From NCBI RefSeq assembly GCF_009914755.1, contig NC_060925.1: a stretch of DNA of 64,000 nt; one strand, written 5' to 3'. Shown piece by piece: positions 59,590-64,000 of this stretch. How positions within the stretch are numbered: position 1 is the stretch's first letter; each line of letters opens with the position of its first letter. The notes beneath the pieces were generated by a model, which saw nothing but the letters and a program-made list of their open reading frames with translations, was not told the DNA's origin and searched no databases. The translations under genes were made by a program, and so were the position numbers. Source of the DNA: the human T2T-CHM13v2.0 reference genome, Homo sapiens.

Positions 59590-59710
59590 CTGTATGATCT
59601 TGGGCCACAACTATAACATCTCTTTCTGAGCCTCAATTTTTTCATCTGAAAAATGGGATAATTATACACCTATTACAGAGTGGTTATGAAGATTGAATAG
59701 GTTGTCCCAC
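59590..59710 (+). mobile_element. MIR fragment
   Basis: TCTGAGCCTCAATTTTTTCATCTGAAAAATGGGATAATTATAC. Confidence 0.7.
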
Positions 59711-59949
59711 ATGGCATCACTAGGCCCGACCAGCTGAGGCTCAGACCATCCTTCCTTCCGGAACAGTTTGTCCTGTTGGACTGGAGTCTGGGGCAGAGGA
59801 GTCTAGGACTTCACTCACAATCACCACTTGGCTCCAGCCTTACTCAACACCTTCCAGTCTACCACGACTTTTGTAAGTGGAGGGTAGTTGCCGCATGTCC
59901 TGTGAAGACTATATATCTCTCTACACCTCAGGCTCTTCTCATTCAGCTT

Positions 59950-60160
59950 AGCAATAACACCCTTATAGGTCAAGCCCTTCTAAAATGCCAGGCACTCTGC
60001 TAATCACACTGCAAACATCATCTCATGTATTTCTCATAACAAACTGAGGGAGGTAGTAGCATCACTCGCATTTTCAGGTGAGGAAACTGAGCCTCAGAGA
60101 GGCTAAGGGGCTTCCCCACGGTTATTCGAAACAAAAGCTTGCACTCCTAACCACTAGGCG
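59950..60160 (-). mobile_element. MIR
   Basis: ATGCCAGGCACTCTGCTAA...CATTTTCAGGTGAGGAAACTGAGCCTCAGAGAGG. Confidence 0.75.
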
Positions 60161-61749
60161 ATACCACCTCTAACAATGGCTGGTTGAGTCCGCCTGTGGG
60201 CCCAGCCCTCACCACTTCAGCTTAGAATACGAAGCCAACCATTCCTGAGAGCCAGTGCCCACTGGAAATGTTACAGGGATCCTTCACTCCCCTGCAGAGC
60301 TTGGGGGGCCTCTTCTTCCACAGCTTGGTATAAGGTTGTTGCCCAGGCTGGGTGAGTTTCGCTGGAGCTCTGGGCTGCCCCACAAGGGTCTGCAGCTGAC
60401 TGGGACCTCAGAAGCCTGGCCAGGCCACCCTCCTGGCTCACAGTAAGCAGCACCAGAGGAGGAGGAAGTCATGGCCTTGAGGTTACCCTCTGCCTGGGGT
60501 AGGGGCAAGGGTGGGCTGCAGCTTCCAGGAGCTGTGCAGGACCAGCTTTTTTCGGCACTGTCCACAGCACAGTCCCTGAAGACGTCAGGACTGAGAAGAA
60601 AACTGGAGACTGCTGGAAGCCTCCCAAAGACATGTCAGGCAGGGATGTTCTCCTGAAAGGGCACCCGTGTGACGCAATCCGCAGTTCCCTCTGGGCATTC
60701 AGGGCCTCAGCACTCTTCAGACCAATACTGGGAAATGGCAACTCTGTTTGTGGAGAAAAGAAGGAAGCAGCTCTCACCTGGCTCCAGTAGAGATGGCACA
60801 TTTTATTTTGCCCCTTTGATGAAATGTTTCCAAGAAACACAAAGTGAAACATGCTGAGGGTTTGGTATTTTTCCACTTGACAAACATCTGTGATTTCAAA
60901 GGCACATGGTGCTTCTCACATACTTTATTCCTTTCCTTCTTTCTTCACCCACATTCACTGTCAGCCTAGCTCAGGAAGAGGGTATTGAAGATCACCTGTG
61001 CATATGCAGCTCAAAGTGCATTTCTGGTGTTGTGGGGAGGCCCAAGGGAGACGGCCTGAAGAGGTGCAGCAGCCTCATTCACCCAGAGCCCATGGCTTAT
61101 TGTTCACGGGCCAGCAAAGTATCTTGAAAAGTGACAGCAGGGAGCAGAATACTCCTTGGCCTCTCCAGGAGCCAGTGGATGCCGGAAGAGACCTTGGTTG
61201 ATACGGTTCCTGATCTCCCAGCAACACTGGAAGAGCAAAGGCTGCAGAAAGCACAGCCACAGCCACTCAGCACACCTTAGCCACACAGTGATGCTTCCCA
61301 GAGCTTTCACTTTCTTGGACTTAAGAACTACAAAACTCCTCCTAAATGAAACTAGACATTTTTAATCATCTAGCTTGAGGGGGACCTAGAGATCGTTTCT
61401 GGGGGTACTTTGCAAATTCAAAAACTGCAAAGGGGGGAGGGGCTTTTAAAAAAGTCATGCAACATTTGTTTGTTTACAAATCACATTGGTAATCATTAGT
61501 GCTGAGTTACTGTAGGATTTACAATGATTCATTGTATTTAGTCCCTACCATCCAGAAGCTATCAATATATTGTCATTTCTACTTTGCTCTCAGGCTGCTT
61601 TGAAGCAGGAAAATTATCTAGAAAGAGCTTCATTCCATTTAGTCTTTTTGTCAATAATTTTAAAATCTGGTTTTTGTTGGTGAAAGTGACTCATTTAACA
61701 GTTAAGCTAAAGACATTTTTGGCTGGAGTGAGTGTAGCCATTATGGGTT

Positions 61750-63090
61750 TAATTCAATTTGACAAGCATTGATTGAGCATCTGTTCTATGGCAAGGACGA
61801 GGATAGGCACCAGAGGTGCAGAGGTGACTGAAAGATGGCACCTGTTCTCAAGAATATCACAGCAGTCTAAACGTACCCAAGCTGGAAGGTGGACTCTGTG
61901 CTATAGAACAGGCCTAATGTGCTGTGGGCAGAGAGAGTTGGAAATTAGGAAAGCTTCATGAAGAAGGTGGCATCAGAGAGTTAAAACACTGCCTGCAACC
62001 CCTTCTATCTATGGGTCCTATCTTTCTTTTTCTCTTCCAAATCTAGCCTGTTTATTAATTCATGTAATCATGTAATTCACACATTTGCCAAATAGTCATT
62101 AAGCCCATGATGTCCCAGGCACAGTTCTAGACATGGGAGACACACTGGTAAGACAATTTGTGTACTTTTAGTAGGGCAAGGATGGATGACGATAACCTAC
62201 AAATGAATAAACAAATAGAATGTCAATTGTAATGGGTATTGCAAATAAAAGTAAAATAGTGTGAGGGGTGCAAACAGTGAGTGTGGATGGGGAAGGCATG
62301 TGTATCCTGTATTAAACATAGTGTTAAGGAAGGCTGTCTAAAATGGAGATACTTGTGCAGACACCTGAATGGAGGGACAGAGGGAGCCATGGGAGTTCTG
62401 GGCTGACAGTATTCTTGGCAGAGGGAAGGAGTGGCAAGCACAAAGACCCTGAGGCAAAAACACATGTGATGGCCCAGGATGGCAGGAGGACCACGATGAG
62501 CAGAAGGATGGGGAGAGCTAGGCTGGAAAGACAAGCAGGGGCCAGATCATGAAGGCCAAGGTAAGGAGTATGGATTTTTTTTTTTCTAAGGGTGGTAGGA
62601 AGCTACTAGAAGCTTTGAAGGGAGTCATATGATCTAATTTGTATTTTTGAAGATTATTATGGCTTTGGGGTTTAGAATAAACTTTAAGAGATCAAGAAGG
62701 GAAACAAAGAGAACTTGAGAAATATTTCCCATTTGAGAAATGAAAAACACAGTTGACATTTCTGATATAGGGAAAATAGAGGAGTAAATTTGGGGAAGGA
62801 GGACTTCATGGACTCAATGTTGGTCATAAGTGTAAAATGCTCACTAGCTATCTGAGTGGGGATTTTGAACAGGCAGTAGGATATTTGAGTCTGAAGTTCA
62901 GGAAGTAGTCAAGAATACCCATTCCACCCAGAAGGCAAATTAGATAAGGACTAACAATAGTTCTTTAATATTCAATACCCAGGAAGTTATTAGAACCTTT
63001 TTTTTTTTGCCATAGTAACATTCATAGAATGACAGAGAGGTAAAAGCCAAATTGTCGAGGTGAAGATAATGAGTATAGATTATTCTTTCA
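61750..63090 (-). mobile_element. L2 fragments
   Basis: AAGCATTGATTGAGCATCTG, TCCCAGGCACAGTTCTAGAC, GGGGCCAGATCATGAAGGCC motifs. Confidence 0.55.
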
Positions 63091-63099
63091 AAAGAATCA

Positions 63100-63900
63100 G
63101 ATTTCAGCTTTGTTAATTCTATTTTTCTTTGCTTTCTACTTCATTAATTTCTACTGTTTATTATTTACCTCCTTCTATTGTCTTTAAGGTTTCTGTTCAT
63201 TTTCTTAAGGTGGAGACTTACCTGATTAATTTCTTCTTTCCTAATACAAGTATTTAAGGCTTGTACAAATTTGTTTGAAAGGTTTCTTTCAAGTATTTGC
63301 TTCTAATGTTGAATTTGTTTCAAATATTTGGAAAAAAGGTCAAATATTACATATGCTGCTTTCAATAAGCTTTGATATGTAGTGATTTCACTATCACTTA
63401 CTTCTAAGTATTTTTAAATTTTCGTGATGAATTCATCTTTGACCCTGCCTCCTGTCTTTATTTCAAAAAGGATGCAATTGCAAAGATGAGTTTACTGCAG
63501 AAAACCAACAAAAATGACAGATTTGAATAACAAACAAATGGAAATTCTAGGAATGAAAAATATAACCACCAAAATGAAAAACACAGTCAATAGATTAAAC
63601 AAAAGATTAGACACATTGAAAGAGAATGTTTCCAGAGTGCAGGAAATAAATATAAGAATAAAGAAAAATGAAGGAGAAGTTAAGAGCAAAGATGTTAAAA
63701 AGTCAGAATTAAATTATTCTAAACAATACTCTGAGTTCAGGGCAGGAGCACTGGAGCTAAATCTTAGGAGAGGAATGAAGATATGGATTGACTGCAAGAC
63801 TTTATGATAAACACGTACAGTCAACTTTGCAGTAACCACTAAAAGAATAAAAACAGCATGTAAACATTCCCAATCTGTAGAGAGAGAACACAATGAAGTG
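63100..63900. mobile_element. Old L1M fragments (minus 63100-63450; plus ORF1-like from 63490)
   Basis: ORF 63514-63807 resembles the L1 ORF1 coiled coil (QMEILGMKNITTKMKNTVNRLNKRLD). Confidence 0.55.
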
Positions 63901-64000
63901 AAAGAAATAGCTTGGTAATTTTTATAAAAGGCAAGAATGAGGAAAGACAGGAATGATCAGGCTAAGGTGAAACAGTGATGTGCTGTTTATGTGAGGCATA

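Noticed and set aside
58600-61400. Cluster of overlapping short ORFs on both strands suggesting a gene
   Set aside because: Expected from higher GC content; no recognisable domain or consistent splice structure

Overview
Primate genomic DNA, very probably human chr1p12 or the ape orthologue. It carries the 3' part of MAN1A2 (Golgi alpha-1,2-mannosidase IB, glycoside hydrolase family 47) on the + strand. Five coding exons splice in frame via canonical GT-AG introns: 12582-12697, 16200-16419, 18819-18991, 22291-22406 and 42264-42396 (probably exons 9-13), ending ...[25 protein letters not shown] ~5.9 kb 3'UTR follows, with several AATAAA signals; the best distal one is at 48275. The rest is intronic or intergenic and dominated by interspersed repeats: L1PA/L1PB/L1M, Alu, a near full-length Tigger1, Tigger2b, MER2, MADE2, MER5A, MER20, MER58, THE1/MLT1 LTRs, MIR and L2. 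Nearly all listed ORFs are repeat-derived or chance. I see no convincing novel multi-gene system. The most unusual items are: a 50-bp TSD-flanked micro-retrocopy of an unidentified hairpin RNA (28870-28949); an orphan ~580-bp A-tailed insert at an apparently re-used L1 target site (37399-37976); an in-frame cryptic acceptor upstream of the third coding exon; inverted Alus flanking coding exons; and several template-switch or repair scars. Repeat subfamily names come from recalled consensus sequences, and boundaries of old repeats are approximate.
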